Below, in pieces: positions 8,469 through 18,002 of a stretch of 41,666 nt of DNA. The stretch's first letter is position 1. The number at the start of each line of letters is the position of its first letter. Source of the stretch: Escherichia phage vB_EcoM_ECO1230-10; sequence record NC_027995.1; one strand, given 5' to 3'. The position numbers and the translations under genes are program-made. Under the pieces are notes generated by a model. That model made no database searches. It was not told where the DNA came from and saw nothing but the letters and a program-made list of their open reading frames with translations.

Positions 8469-8975
8469 TTACATCGCCAGCGCAGAACGGATGGCTGCCA
8501 GGGTGTCTACACCGTTGATGATGCGCACCATGTTTTCCACGTCGATTTCGTGGATGGTCTTTCCGTTATGCTGCTGTTTGAAATAGTTCAGGCTGACAGT
8601 GACGTTAAGGGAACTCAGTTCCCCAGGCGTCCAGGTGCCTGGCTCCATGCTGGTGATTTTGCCGCGCATGTTCATGACAACGGCTTTAACGCTGCCGTCA
8701 TAGGATTCCAGCGCACCGCGAAACGTCAGCGGAACGCTTGCACCTTCTGACAGGCCAAACAGCGCCAGCACGTCAGAATCATAAGCACGCAGCGCAAAGC
8801 TGGCTTCCAGCTTTTCCATGCCCAACGTCACATCAATGGGCGCGTCCATGCCGCCTGCGCGGAATTCTTCGGTTTGCAGGGTTAAGGTGGGCGGCGTGAC
8901 GCTCTCCACCTGGCCCGCGTAACCACGGCCATCAACAAATAAGTTGATGTTTTTCAAAACGTCACGTGCGGCCAT
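8469..8975 (-). CDS. major tail tube protein (P2 FII-like)
   Basis: 168 aa; NLFVDG...TEEFRAGG pattern; follows sheath gene with TAATG overlap. Confidence 0.8.
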   Translation of the reverse strand: MAARDVLKNINLFVDGRGYAGQVESVTPPTLTLQTEEFRAGGMDAPIDVTLGMEKLEASFALRAYDSDVLALFGLSEGASVPLTFRGALESYDGSVKAVVMNMRGKITSMEPGTWTPGELSSLNVTVSLNYFKQQHNGKTIHEIDVENMVRIINGVDTLAAIRSALAM

Positions 8976-10399
8976 TATTCGAATACCTCACTAATATAAT
9001 CGTTGGTCAATTGGCTGCGGAAGATAATGTGTTCAGCCGGATAAACAGGCGTGAAATCAAAATCAAAGTATACCTTACCATCCGCGATCTGGTCAGCAGT
9101 ATTTAAGTCAGGGTCAGCCCAACACGTGCCGCCAAGAATTGCGCCCAGGCTCACCAGGTTGCGCAGGTACGCGTTCACGCCTTCAATCACGTCATTGACG
9201 TATTGTTTGGTGATGCCACGGTCTACGGCCCACAGGTGTGCACGCAGCAGACTGTCATTGATGATGTCAGCCGTGCGAACCACGCACAGGAACGCCCATT
9301 TCTGATCGCTGGAACAGGTGCGGTTGCCCCACAGGCGGAAACCGTCCTGGCGAATGATGGTGGTGACTTCGTTTTCATTCAGCAGGTTTGCACGGCTGGA
9401 TGTGTCACCCAGGGTGAAATCAATGGTTCGGGCCGTGCCCTGGATGCCATAGATTTCCTGGTTTGATGGTGACCACCAGAAACCGCGCTCGTTGTCGATG
9501 CGGGCAATCAGACCAGCCACGCGCGGCGATGCCCAATCAGTAATCGTGGTTCCATCTTCGTCAAGCACCAGCACTTTTGGGTCAACCACATAAACGCGCT
9601 TGCTGCCAAAGTCTTTGCGGTAGGCGATAGCGTCAGCGTCGTTGGTGTTTGGACCATCGGCAATGATGACGGCACGCAGGCGGTTGGCGATGCCAAGCAG
9701 TTCAGAAACCACGGCGTTTGCCGCCACTCCAACGGATGCGGTTGCAGTTGCGCCGGTGCCGTTTCCGCCAGTGATGGCTACGGTTGGCGCTGTGGTGTAA
9801 CCCATACCGGAATTGGTGACGGTGATTTTGGTGATTACTCCACCAACCACAGTGGCTTGCGCTGTTGCGCCAGTGCCACCGCCACCTGTCAGGGAGATCG
9901 TAGGCGTTTCGGTGTAGCCGCTGCCGCCGTTGCCGATACTGATAGCCGTGACGCCATCCTGAACGCGGGTATGCGTGAAGCCAGGCACGCACAGAATGCG
10001 AGGCGAGTAGCCCACAACGGATTCAGCGCCAAGCAGTGCGTGAACGCCTTCATATTTGCCGGTTGATGCGTTAACGCCACCCATGATGTTGGCCAGTGTT
10101 GCTGCTTCGTCTTCGCCTTCTTCAACACGCACAACGATGACCACAGCGCCGATCTGGTCAAGGATGGCATCCAGTGCTTTTGGCAGTGTGCCTTCACCGG
10201 TGCCAAGCATGTCCAGTTTTGCCGCTTCGCGCTGGCTGCCAGCAATCAGGGTAGGGGTGTTAATCGGGAATGCGTCAGGGTCGGCATTCGGCGCTGTGCC
10301 TACAATGCCAATGACGCTGGATTTAACGGTTTGAATGACGCGTGAACCGGAATCAATTTCCAGCACCTCCACGCCATGTAAGAAATCAGTACCTGCCAT
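8975..10399 (-). CDS. tail sheath protein (P2 FI-like), start corrected to internal ATG
   Basis: [18 protein letters not shown] sheath N-terminus; ATG at 10399 preceded by AGGAAA; track ORF starts further upstream at a non-ATG codon. Confidence 0.85.
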   Translation of the reverse strand: MAGTDFLHGVEVLEIDSGSRVIQTVKSSVIGIVGTAPNADPDAFPINTPTLIAGSQREAAKLDMLGTGEGTLPKALDAILDQIGAVVIVVRVEEGEDEAATLANIMGGVNASTGKYEGVHALLGAESVVGYSPRILCVPGFTHTRVQDGVTAISIGNGGSGYTETPTISLTGGGGTGATAQATVVGGVITKITVTNSGMGYTTAPTVAITGGNGTGATATASVGVAANAVVSELLGIANRLRAVIIADGPNTNDADAIAYRKDFGSKRVYVVDPKVLVLDEDGTTITDWASPRVAGLIARIDNERGFWWSPSNQEIYGIQGTARTIDFTLGDTSSRANLLNENEVTTIIRQDGFRLWGNRTCSSDQKWAFLCVVRTADIINDSLLRAHLWAVDRGITKQYVNDVIEGVNAYLRNLVSLGAILGGTCWADPDLNTADQIADGKVYFDFDFTPVYPAEHIIFRSQLTNDYISEVFE

Positions 10400-10470
10400 T
10401 ATTCGGTTTCCTATTAACTGTGCACACAGTGAAAATTCGCAGTGTGATGGTCGCAGGAACCGTGCGTGGC

Positions 10471-10488
10471 TTCTTCTTGGGGTTTGTC
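10471..10488 (-). promoter_or_regulatory. late-junction motif copy 1 (GACAAACCCCAAGAAGAA), upstream of sheath
   Basis: exact 18-mer; 72 nt from sheath ATG; just downstream of Tfa terminator. Confidence 0.45.
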
Positions 10489-10490
10489 CG

Positions 10491-10514
10491 TAAAAAAGCC
10501 CGCGTGATGCGGGC
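10491..10514 (-). terminator. intrinsic terminator after tail-fibre assembly gene
   Basis: minus sense gcccgc-atcac-gcgggc followed by TTTTTTA. Confidence 0.6.
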
Positions 10515-10693
10515 AAAGGCGACAAATCAGTAACCGATGGCGAACCAGTCAACGGTTAGTGTTGTTGTTCCTGGTGCTGTCCCTTCATTCTGCACCCCGC
10601 CAAGAATGCTTGAAAATGTGGTTAGCGTACGCCCGCTGATGTTAGCATATTCAAGAACAATGTTTTTGTTAGTTATGCCTCTAAAGACTTCGC

Positions 10694-10999
10694 TCATACA
10701 TTGTTCGCCTCATTCGTTGCGCCAATCAGCGCGGCCACATCCGGGTTTGCGTTCAGGAACGAACGCAGTTTGTCTACCGGGTCAGTTTGCTTGTTGTCGT
10801 TGGCCACCTGTACGGTGACCAGTTGCCATTCCGCGCCGTTCCAGCGCGGCCATTGGCCATCGATGAAATCAGGTGGTGCCACCGTGACACAGCGCGCAGG
10901 AATCAGGAACACGCCAGGTTCCAGCGGCGATTCATCGGCATCAGTCTGGCCAACATACATGCCAGCCAGGTCATATTGATAAACTGGTTTAGTGTTCAT
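10694..10999 (-). CDS. tail fibre assembly chaperone (Tfa-like, short)
   Basis: APPDFIDGQWPRWNGAEWQLV resembles conserved N-terminal Tfa region; immediately downstream of fibre gene. Confidence 0.6.
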   Translation of the reverse strand: MNTKPVYQYDLAGMYVGQTDADESPLEPGVFLIPARCVTVAPPDFIDGQWPRWNGAEWQLVTVQVANDNKQTDPVDKLRSFLNANPDVAALIGATNEANNV

Positions 11000-11008
11000 A
11001 ATGCCGCC

Positions 11009-12364
11009 TTAAAATTTGATGCAAGCCAACATGGCAACGTTGCGCGGGCGCGCTTCGCTTCCGCCGCTTGATTTTGTCACCAGGTCTGCTTGCTGCGCGC
11101 CACCTGCGCCGGTATCTGCGCCAACCGCATAAACCCCGCCAGTGGCGTCAATTTGCGTTGCTCTCCACGCCTGCAAATTATGGGTATGTTCCTTGTTCTG
11201 GTCGCCCTGCCAGCTACCGAGAGCGCGTCCAGTGTCTATGTCTCTCGCGTCATCCCAGGCGCGAATAAACTCTCCTCGCAGGTCTGGAACGTTGAATGTA
11301 GTAGCACCGTCACCCTCCCCAAACGTTGTGCCGATGGCAGAAAACAGGTCTGCGTAAGCTGTTCGACTGACCGCTGCTCCGTTGGCTTTCAGCCATCCAG
11401 TTGGTGCACTGTTGCGAGCAAACATCGCCACCATTCCTGCTGGTGCCTGCTGGCGTGCCAGGTTGTAGGTTTCGGCCTTGCTGTACACATCCAGATTGTT
11501 GCGCGACGTTACTTTGTCTGCAACATCAGCCAGGTTTTTGCTGCGTTCCAGTGGTGCAGGCGCACTTCCTGCTGGCTCGTTGTTCACGCACTCTATTTTT
11601 GTTCCTTCCGGGTATGATTTGCCAAGAATGACTCGATTTGCCAACGTTTCATCTGGCTGCCAGTCATCAACGTCAGGTCCACGCGTAAGGCGAACACCTT
11701 CGATGTACACCGCAAGGCCGTATGTAATGGTTTTCGTCAGGTCAACGTTGGTCTGACCGGCTGCCAGTATTTGCTTTTCTGCTACCGTATCAACAACAAC
11801 GTTTGCCTGCGTCGGGTCAATCCAGTGCACATCGCCGTCAGAGTTTGAAACCTTAGCCAGCACCTGCCCGGTTGTGCCACCAGGGATAAGCGTTCCAGCA
11901 GTCACGTTGTTGCTGATCCACTGCTGAGTGACAACCACAACGTTTGGGTCAATCTGCAGCGCGATGGTGTTTGCGTTCGAAACCATGAAATCAAGACGCA
12001 CCACCGTGTCAGCGTATGCGCCTTCGGTGTCCTGTGGTTTATAGGTGGCAGGCAGGTTGCCAACCACGAACAGTGAACCGTCAGAATCAAACACGCCAAC
12101 TTCGCGCAGAGTAAAGCCGCCAACGCTTGCCGGAATAACCAATTCAGCTGTGAACCGCAGCGGGTCGTCAGGTGCCTGGTAAACGCGGTTAATTACCGCG
12201 CGGTATCTCTCGCGCACAAGTTGGATTTGATTTCCAGACGGGGTTACCGCGTTACCGCCACCGTCACCAACCGCCATGTGGGTAAGGTTTATTGCTTTGC
12301 CTGTAGATTCAGCCCTGGCAAGCTCTTGTAAACCGTAGTTCGTGTGAATGGTCATAAAAGACAT
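11009..12364 (-). CDS. tail fibre protein (P2 gpH-like N-terminus)
   Basis: MAVGDGGG...AELVIPASVGGF...YKP motifs as in P2 H; ATG at 12364 chosen over the track's TTG at 12400. Confidence 0.8.
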   Translation of the reverse strand: MSFMTIHTNYGLQELARAESTGKAINLTHMAVGDGGGNAVTPSGNQIQLVRERYRAVINRVYQAPDDPLRFTAELVIPASVGGFTLREVGVFDSDGSLFVVGNLPATYKPQDTEGAYADTVVRLDFMVSNANTIALQIDPNVVVVTQQWISNNVTAGTLIPGGTTGQVLAKVSNSDGDVHWIDPTQANVVVDTVAEKQILAAGQTNVDLTKTITYGLAVYIEGVRLTRGPDVDDWQPDETLANRVILGKSYPEGTKIECVNNEPAGSAPAPLERSKNLADVADKVTSRNNLDVYSKAETYNLARQQAPAGMVAMFARNSAPTGWLKANGAAVSRTAYADLFSAIGTTFGEGDGATTFNVPDLRGEFIRAWDDARDIDTGRALGSWQGDQNKEHTHNLQAWRATQIDATGGVYAVGADTGAGGAQQADLVTKSSGGSEARPRNVAMLACIKF

Positions 12365-12398
12365 ATCGTAATCTCTTGTCGGGGTAATAAATTTATAC

Positions 12399-12420
12399 AA
12401 CCCCGCGTTTGCGGGGTTTG
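12399..12420 (-). terminator. terminator-like hairpin between tailspike and fibre genes
   Basis: minus sense ccccgc-aaac-gcgggg followed by TTGTATAAATTTATT. Confidence 0.4.
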
Positions 12421-12423
12421 TAA

Positions 12424-14901
12424 TTAATAATAAACAGGTATTTCACCGGCAGAATAGTTACCTGCTGCACCTTCGCGGCTACACAGTGCGAACCTCTTGT
12501 CAACAATATCTCTTGAATCTGTAGAAACTATATCATAACAAATATTGTTCGCAGAACGATGAACAAAAGCATTGACGATCGGTTTTGTTGGTGATGAACC
12601 TTTTGCGCGTGTTCCGTCGATAAGGCAATAAGTGAACGAAATAAAACCAGCAACAGGATTATTCCCTGTGTCCCAATCTATGAAAGACTGGTCAAAATAA
12701 ACGCCGCCCTGCATGTAGGTTGTTCCGCCAGAGTACCCTACAAAACGTCGCATGATTCCTTTCTCTACGCGGATGTAACTCCTGTTCATGCCTGATGTAA
12801 TGTTCATGAAAGTCATGTCCATGTTACTTTCAAGGCCATACAGACAGGTTGCATACTCCGCCTGATACCCGACATAAGCAGTAACTTTGCAACCAGTTGA
12901 TTTTGCTGGCGTCAGTTTCACTAATGTCATAGGCCTGGTGGTGGCGTCATGATAGGACAGCGCCCATTCAAACCGTGCAGTTTTGCCGTTGAATGTGCTT
13001 CCGGTGAAGTCAATGACATCCGGCATAACAAAATCACGCAGTGGTGAATTCTGTGTTTTGAAATTATTTTTAAACGAAACAATATTAAGCGTAACGGAAT
13101 CTGGCCAGTAAATATTCGTTGCAATAATAACGTTCTTCGGCAGGTTCAATGCTCGTGGCTGTAGTGGGTTACCAGAAGAAATTACGTTGTCACAACGGCA
13201 GGTGAACAGGTCAACAATTCCAGTTTTATCAGGCGCGACGCGAACAGAACCACCGCGAACAATAAAATCGCCCTTATGTTCGCCATAATCCGAACGAATA
13301 CCAAAAGGCCCGGTATGTGAGTTTATAATTTGTGTTGCTTCATCAAACGCACCAGTACCAAATGATAAGCCGTTTGGGATTCGGCAGTTATCAATCAGTA
13401 TCTTTGAAGAACCATAATGAAGGTTGAAACTGTCCATTGTGCAGTCTCTGACCACAGTGTCACGGCAATAGTTGCCATCCACTGACCGCCAGCCTTTTCC
13501 AACTATGGAACTATTGAAGGTATGTTTGAGCGTGTATTCCATCAGTACCGAATAGCGAGAATTTGTGTCTGATTGCGTGATACCAGAAGAAGAAATGGTC
13601 CAGACAACGCCATATGTAGAACTGCTGCCAAGAATATTTGAATCCATTGCGGTCATGCCCATTTCGTTGGCGTATACAACTTCTACGTCAACCAATGAAC
13701 GTTGGATGTCGAAAGTAAACCGGTTAAATTGGCCGGTGATGCGCGGAAGGACGATTTTGTTACGCTTGTTTGGCAGTTTGTATAAGGTGCAGGTAACAGC
13801 ATCGTTATACGTATTTTTCAGCGTATAGGCTAACTCTCCGGCTTTCGCCATGAAATTGACTTCGCCTTTATAGCGCGGGGTGCTCACACCGTTTAGCAGT
13901 CGATACAAATCAACCTCTGTTGGGCTGATGATCTTAACTAGTGAATTCTCCCAACCTTCTAAAACGTCAGATGTCGGCAAAACAGACGTTAACTCAACAA
14001 GTGGGTAGTTTGTCAGGGTTATGGTTTTTTTATACTCTGAAATGTCCCGCTCATCTGCATAGATCACCTTTCCGCCAGAAAGATTGAATGTCAGGTTGCT
14101 GAAATCAAAGTTTCCGTATGCGGTAACATCTGTGTCAATGTTAAAAGTAAGTGCGACGCTTGAATACAGCGTTACGTTTCTCCCGCGATACGCGGAAAAA
14201 ATAGAGTTAAGCATCGCTGAATCTTTCGTGCCGCTTACTTTAGATATATCAACCAGTGACAGGCGTTCTTCCAGGCCTCCAACGATAGAAACACCGCTAT
14301 TTGAACCTAACTGGCTGCGCAGTGTTTGCGATTTCAAGTCGTTCCATGCACCTGTTGAAATTCCGCCAGTACCTTCCGGTGTCGATTCCTCCGGTACGCT
14401 CTTTGGAAGATTTCCACCCCATGAGTAGCAAGCACCACCAGCAATATGCCAGACAGCATCGTTAACTGACTGCGCTGTAGCACCTTCTTCAAAGCTGCCA
14501 TCCACAAGGTTAAAACCGGCATCAGCCAGCGTTCTGCGCCATTGCTCGCGTGCGTTAGCGTTTATGTTTGCTACATTAATTTCAATGCTTTGCGCTGCTG
14601 ATTCAGCACGTTCCGCAGCGCCATTTGCGTCAGATAGTTGCTGACCGATGTCAACGCACTGGAACGTCACGCGCGTGCCGGTATCTGTCCCAACACTAAC
14701 CTGCATGTCGTAAATGCCATCTGGTGCGCGGAACTGGATTTTTCCATCTGCGTCAGCCGTGAACGGGTTAGCTAGCGCATTGCCGCCCACCGTTTTAAGG
14801 CCGCTTGCCATCGTGGTTGTTTCTGTCAGGTAAATTGTGACAGTAGCGCCTGGAATAAGCGAACCGTTTCGATCCTGCGCGAAGTATGTTTTTAATTCCA
14901 C
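12424..14901 (-). CDS. second tail fibre / tailspike protein with putative beta-helix (depolymerase-like) C-terminal region
   Basis: 825 aa; GTG start coupled to gpI stop; Asn/Ser/Thr/Gly-rich repetitive body; body visibly more AT-rich than flanking tail genes. Confidence 0.6.
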   Translation of the reverse strand: MELKTYFAQDRNGSLIPGATVTIYLTETTTMASGLKTVGGNALANPFTADADGKIQFRAPDGIYDMQVSVGTDTGTRVTFQCVDIGQQLSDANGAAERAESAAQSIEINVANINANAREQWRRTLADAGFNLVDGSFEEGATAQSVNDAVWHIAGGACYSWGGNLPKSVPEESTPEGTGGISTGAWNDLKSQTLRSQLGSNSGVSIVGGLEERLSLVDISKVSGTKDSAMLNSIFSAYRGRNVTLYSSVALTFNIDTDVTAYGNFDFSNLTFNLSGGKVIYADERDISEYKKTITLTNYPLVELTSVLPTSDVLEGWENSLVKIISPTEVDLYRLLNGVSTPRYKGEVNFMAKAGELAYTLKNTYNDAVTCTLYKLPNKRNKIVLPRITGQFNRFTFDIQRSLVDVEVVYANEMGMTAMDSNILGSSSTYGVVWTISSSGITQSDTNSRYSVLMEYTLKHTFNSSIVGKGWRSVDGNYCRDTVVRDCTMDSFNLHYGSSKILIDNCRIPNGLSFGTGAFDEATQIINSHTGPFGIRSDYGEHKGDFIVRGGSVRVAPDKTGIVDLFTCRCDNVISSGNPLQPRALNLPKNVIIATNIYWPDSVTLNIVSFKNNFKTQNSPLRDFVMPDVIDFTGSTFNGKTARFEWALSYHDATTRPMTLVKLTPAKSTGCKVTAYVGYQAEYATCLYGLESNMDMTFMNITSGMNRSYIRVEKGIMRRFVGYSGGTTYMQGGVYFDQSFIDWDTGNNPVAGFISFTYCLIDGTRAKGSSPTKPIVNAFVHRSANNICYDIVSTDSRDIVDKRFALCSREGAAGNYSAGEIPVYY

Positions 14902-15495
14902 TTAATCACCTATTGAAATATTAGCCTGCGGCATAACGTAATCATTCAAAGCCCCAACGCTCCGAACGTAGTTTGTGATACTAATTTCACTGCCAACACC
15001 CGCAATAATTCCGGTTCTGACTACTGCGGTTGATTTTACGGTCAGGCTGGTTTTAACCATGTGTGAACGCAAATTCTTGTTTGTGTCAATAATCTGCTTA
15101 ATTCTGTTCAGGTCTGCTTGCGTGGCCGATGTCTGGTCAATCGTTATGTAAACCTCAAAAGTATATGGCGCGCCGGTGGTTGCCATTCGGAACCACTCAA
15201 CAATGCGAATATCAAGGCCAAGCGCCGCAAGTTGGCGTTTCACTGCACCAATAGTTCCCTTAATGCGCTGTGATACTATGGATTGCTTGATGGTGTCGCG
15301 CTTCTGCTGTTCGGTCCAGTTGGTGTCCCAATCATCAACGCTGAACGCCCACGCCAGCCAGGGGAGGACGCTAACCGGGCAGGTGTCAGGGTTCCAGACT
15401 TCACGAACCACAACTGGCACGTCACTAATCCTGGCCACCGTCCCAGCCAGTGCGCGTTCCTGCGCTGTTGCGTTCGATGGCAGCAAATCAGACAT
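14902..15495 (-). CDS. baseplate/tail protein I (P2 gpI-like)
   Basis: EVWNPDTCPVSVLPWLAWAFSVDDWD matches gpI signature; ATG at 15495 (MSDLLP) preferred over the track's GTG at 15504. Confidence 0.8.
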   Translation of the reverse strand: MSDLLPSNATAQERALAGTVARISDVPVVVREVWNPDTCPVSVLPWLAWAFSVDDWDTNWTEQQKRDTIKQSIVSQRIKGTIGAVKRQLAALGLDIRIVEWFRMATTGAPYTFEVYITIDQTSATQADLNRIKQIIDTNKNLRSHMVKTSLTVKSTAVVRTGIIAGVGSEISITNYVRSVGALNDYVMPQANISIGD

Positions 15496-16390
15496 CTGTT
15501 TCACCTGCTGCGTTCACGGCAATGCTGGTGCAGTAGCTCGCCTGGCCGTCTCCAATCACCAGCGATTCAGTCGGTGAAATCAGGTTCACATTTTGAACGC
15601 CTGGCTGATGCAACGCGTGATACAAGCCAGACAAAGTGACATCGTACCCGATGCGGCGCTGCGTTTCGGCGTATGCGGTCACCGCATCAATGGCGGATTG
15701 CAGAACAACCGTTGCGTCAGGCCCAGGGTACAGGGTTAGTTCTGCTTCAATGTTGTAAGGCACAATGATTGCCGACTGCACTTGCACCTGGTCAGTCATT
15801 GGGCGCACGGTTTCTGCGTTCAGCGTGGTGTTAACATTTTCAAGCAGACTTTCTGGTGCGGTTCCATCGCCAGTGCGTGATAAAACGTAAACCACCACAA
15901 CCCCTGGCGTTGGGCTGACAGGCTGCACGTCCTTCACGTCAGGGTCAGCGCCAAGCGCGTGGAACACGTAACTGCCTTCGGAACCTGCTGTGGTGTATGC
16001 TTCCGGTGATAACTGGATGCGCGCGCGGAAATCATCGTCAGATTCCATGACGGCGGCCACTGGCGGCACTGCGTCAGGGTCAGCCGGTGTGATGGTCTGC
16101 CGTTCCACGTTGACGTTTGCGCCAAGCTGGTCCAGGTCGGAACCGGTGGCGTAGGCCAGCATGATGGCTTTGGCGGCCTCATTGACGCGATGACGCATCA
16201 GCAGTTCACGATAGGCGCAAACCTCCAGAACCTTATAAGCCGGATCAGATTCCACCAGTGCGGTGAATGTGGGGTCACGCTCCTGTAAGTCGGCAATCAT
16301 GGCCGCCAGGATAGTTTCGAAGTCCAGCGATTCAACAACGTTTGGCGCTGGTAATTGAGATAAGTTTACAACTGTGAAGGCACCCGCCAT
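15488..16390 (-). CDS. baseplate assembly protein J
   Basis: NLSQLPAPNVVESLDFETILA N-terminus and overall gpJ-like sequence; TAAATG junction with W. Confidence 0.85.
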   Translation of the reverse strand: MAGAFTVVNLSQLPAPNVVESLDFETILAAMIADLQERDPTFTALVESDPAYKVLEVCAYRELLMRHRVNEAAKAIMLAYATGSDLDQLGANVNVERQTITPADPDAVPPVAAVMESDDDFRARIQLSPEAYTTAGSEGSYVFHALGADPDVKDVQPVSPTPGVVVVYVLSRTGDGTAPESLLENVNTTLNAETVRPMTDQVQVQSAIIVPYNIEAELTLYPGPDATVVLQSAIDAVTAYAETQRRIGYDVTLSGLYHALHQPGVQNVNLISPTESLVIGDGQASYCTSIAVNAAGETDV

Positions 16391-16729
16391 TTATGTCACC
16401 ACTATGCCATCAATCGTTATTTGTTTGCCGTCTGGCAGGTATTCGCCGGTAATGGAAAATTCCACGCGCCCTGGCACCGCTGCGGTGGCTGTCACCTGCT
16501 GCACGCTGATGCGTGGTTCCCAGGCTTCCAGCGCTTCCGCCGTCGCTGCGTACAGGTCCAGCAGCGTGCTGCGGTTCATTGGTGCATCAACCAGGTACGG
16601 CAACCGGCTGCCGTAGTCGCGGCGCATCACTCTCGTGCCAATTGGCGTCGTGAGTATGTCACGTATGGATTGGCGCAGATGGTCCAGGCCATCCAGCGGC
16701 GCGCCTGTTGCCGCGTTTGTTCCTTTCAT
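16391..16729 (-). CDS. baseplate protein W (gp25-like)
   Basis: LRQSIRDILTTPIGTRVMRRDYGS matches GPW/gp25 signature. Confidence 0.85.
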   Translation of the reverse strand: MKGTNAATGAPLDGLDHLRQSIRDILTTPIGTRVMRRDYGSRLPYLVDAPMNRSTLLDLYAATAEALEAWEPRISVQQVTATAAVPGRVEFSITGEYLPDGKQITIDGIVVT

Positions 16730-16762
16730 GCGGGCAATGATGCCCGCATGGCCAGTGTTTTA

Positions 16763-16779
16763 TCTTCTTGGGGTTTGTC
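16763..16779 (-). promoter_or_regulatory. late-junction motif copy 2 (17 of 18), between V and W
   Basis: starts 4 nt after V stop; 34 nt from W ATG; followed by hairpin catgcgggc/gcccgcatg that contains the W start codon. Confidence 0.4.
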
Positions 16780-16782
16780 AGG

Positions 16783-17436
16783 TCAGACAGGTGCGCCGGT
16801 GTTGCTTCCGCCAGACTGCACGCCGCTGTGGCTGTGGTCACTGCCAACGTTTTTGCCGTTGTGGGTCAGGCTTGGCCCCTCGATGGAAACCGCGCCTTTC
16901 ATGGTCGCGCTGCCGCCCTCCTGGCCCATCGTCAGGCTTTTGGCCACGGTCAGGTTTCCGGTGCAAAACGTGTCAGGCGTGTCCATGGTGACGCTGGTGG
17001 ATGCCGTCACCGTGGCCGTTTCGGTGTTAACGTTAGCCTGTTTGCAGTTGATGATGACGTTACCCGCGCCAGCTACGGTGATGGTCAGCGTGTTACTGGC
17101 GCTGTTGTAGTCAACAGTTGTGCCATCAGGGTAAACGGTTGTTTCCTGGTCGGCGCTGGCTGCTGGCGCTGCGTGGTCATCCTGGAAGATTGAAGGTCCG
17201 ATGACGGCCTGGCCTAAATCGCCATAAGGCGCAAACAACACCACCTGTTCACCGATGACAGGCGGTGACCAGTCGCGTCGCTTGCCAGCGCGGTTAGTTC
17301 CCCAGGGCAGCCAGTCAGTGGTGCAGCCAGCTACAGAAACCTTTGCCCGCGCGTTGGCCAGATCCAGTTGCTTAATGGTTCCGATGCGAACAACGTTGTT
17401 TAGCTGGCGGTTCAGTTCGCTAACTTCTGCGCTCAT
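16783..17436 (-). CDS. baseplate central spike protein V
   Basis: gpV-like N-terminal OB region; C-terminal Thr/Val-rich spike segment with DHSHSGVQSGG tip. Confidence 0.8.
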   Translation of the reverse strand: MSAEVSELNRQLNNVVRIGTIKQLDLANARAKVSVAGCTTDWLPWGTNRAGKRRDWSPPVIGEQVVLFAPYGDLGQAVIGPSIFQDDHAAPAASADQETTVYPDGTTVDYNSASNTLTITVAGAGNVIINCKQANVNTETATVTASTSVTMDTPDTFCTGNLTVAKSLTMGQEGGSATMKGAVSIEGPSLTHNGKNVGSDHSHSGVQSGGSNTGAPV

Positions 17437-18002
17437 GGTGCCACCTGTTCGTAATCTTCTTCGTTCCCGGTGCCGATTTCAGGACTCCAGGAGAAAAACA
17501 CCTGTGATGGTGTAATACCCTCATCGTTCCAGACACTTTCACCCAAGTGGATGACTTGCTGCCACTCCACGCGCCACACCTCGAATTTGTCCAGTTCCGG
17601 GGTGAAGTCGTCAGGGAAGCCGCCAACCACGTTGGCTGGCCCTGTGGGCAGTTTCTTGGCCGGGTTAGCCTGGTTGGTCCAGCGGCGCTTGCGCAGCCAG
17701 GCCATGAAGGCAGCGGCCAGCGTCCTGATGGCCAGGGCGGCACGCGGCGTGCGGATGCTGTTGATGATAAAATGCGCCTCAAACGTGGCCACTACAGCCA
17801 GTTGTTCGGTGCCGGGGTCAATGTCGTTGTCTGCCTCCATTTCGCTGATTGTCAGCAGGCAGGCAGGGATTGGCAGCGTTTTGCGCGCTTCCGGGTCATC
17901 CTGGTAAAACTCCACGGTGACCAGTTGCGGGAATGCGGCTTTGATGTCGGCCACAATGGCGCTGTGCAGCACTTCTAAATCAATGTGAGTATCGGCGTTC
18001 AT
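17433..18002 (-). CDS. putative tail completion protein (P2 R-like position)
   Basis: position between S-like gene and V; ATG at 18002 overlaps upstream TAA; the track's GTG start at 18011 is less likely. Confidence 0.4.
   Translation of the reverse strand: MNADTHIDLEVLHSAIVADIKAAFPQLVTVEFYQDDPEARKTLPIPACLLTISEMEADNDIDPGTEQLAVVATFEAHFIINSIRTPRAALAIRTLAAAFMAWLRKRRWTNQANPAKKLPTGPANVVGGFPDDFTPELDKFEVWRVEWQQVIHLGESVWNDEGITPSQVFFSWSPEIGTGNEEDYEQVAP

Noticed and set aside
8975-10552. Long form of the sheath ORF starting at 10552
   Set aside because: The first 51 codons ([32 protein letters not shown]...) are not sheath-like, the start is non-ATG, and they overlap motif copy 1 and the terminator. 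The ATG at 10399 with an RBS matches sheath N-termini.
11009-12400. TTG-initiated long form of the fibre gene
   Set aside because: The TTG lies inside the terminator hairpin without an SD; the ATG at 12364 aligns with the gpH N-terminus.
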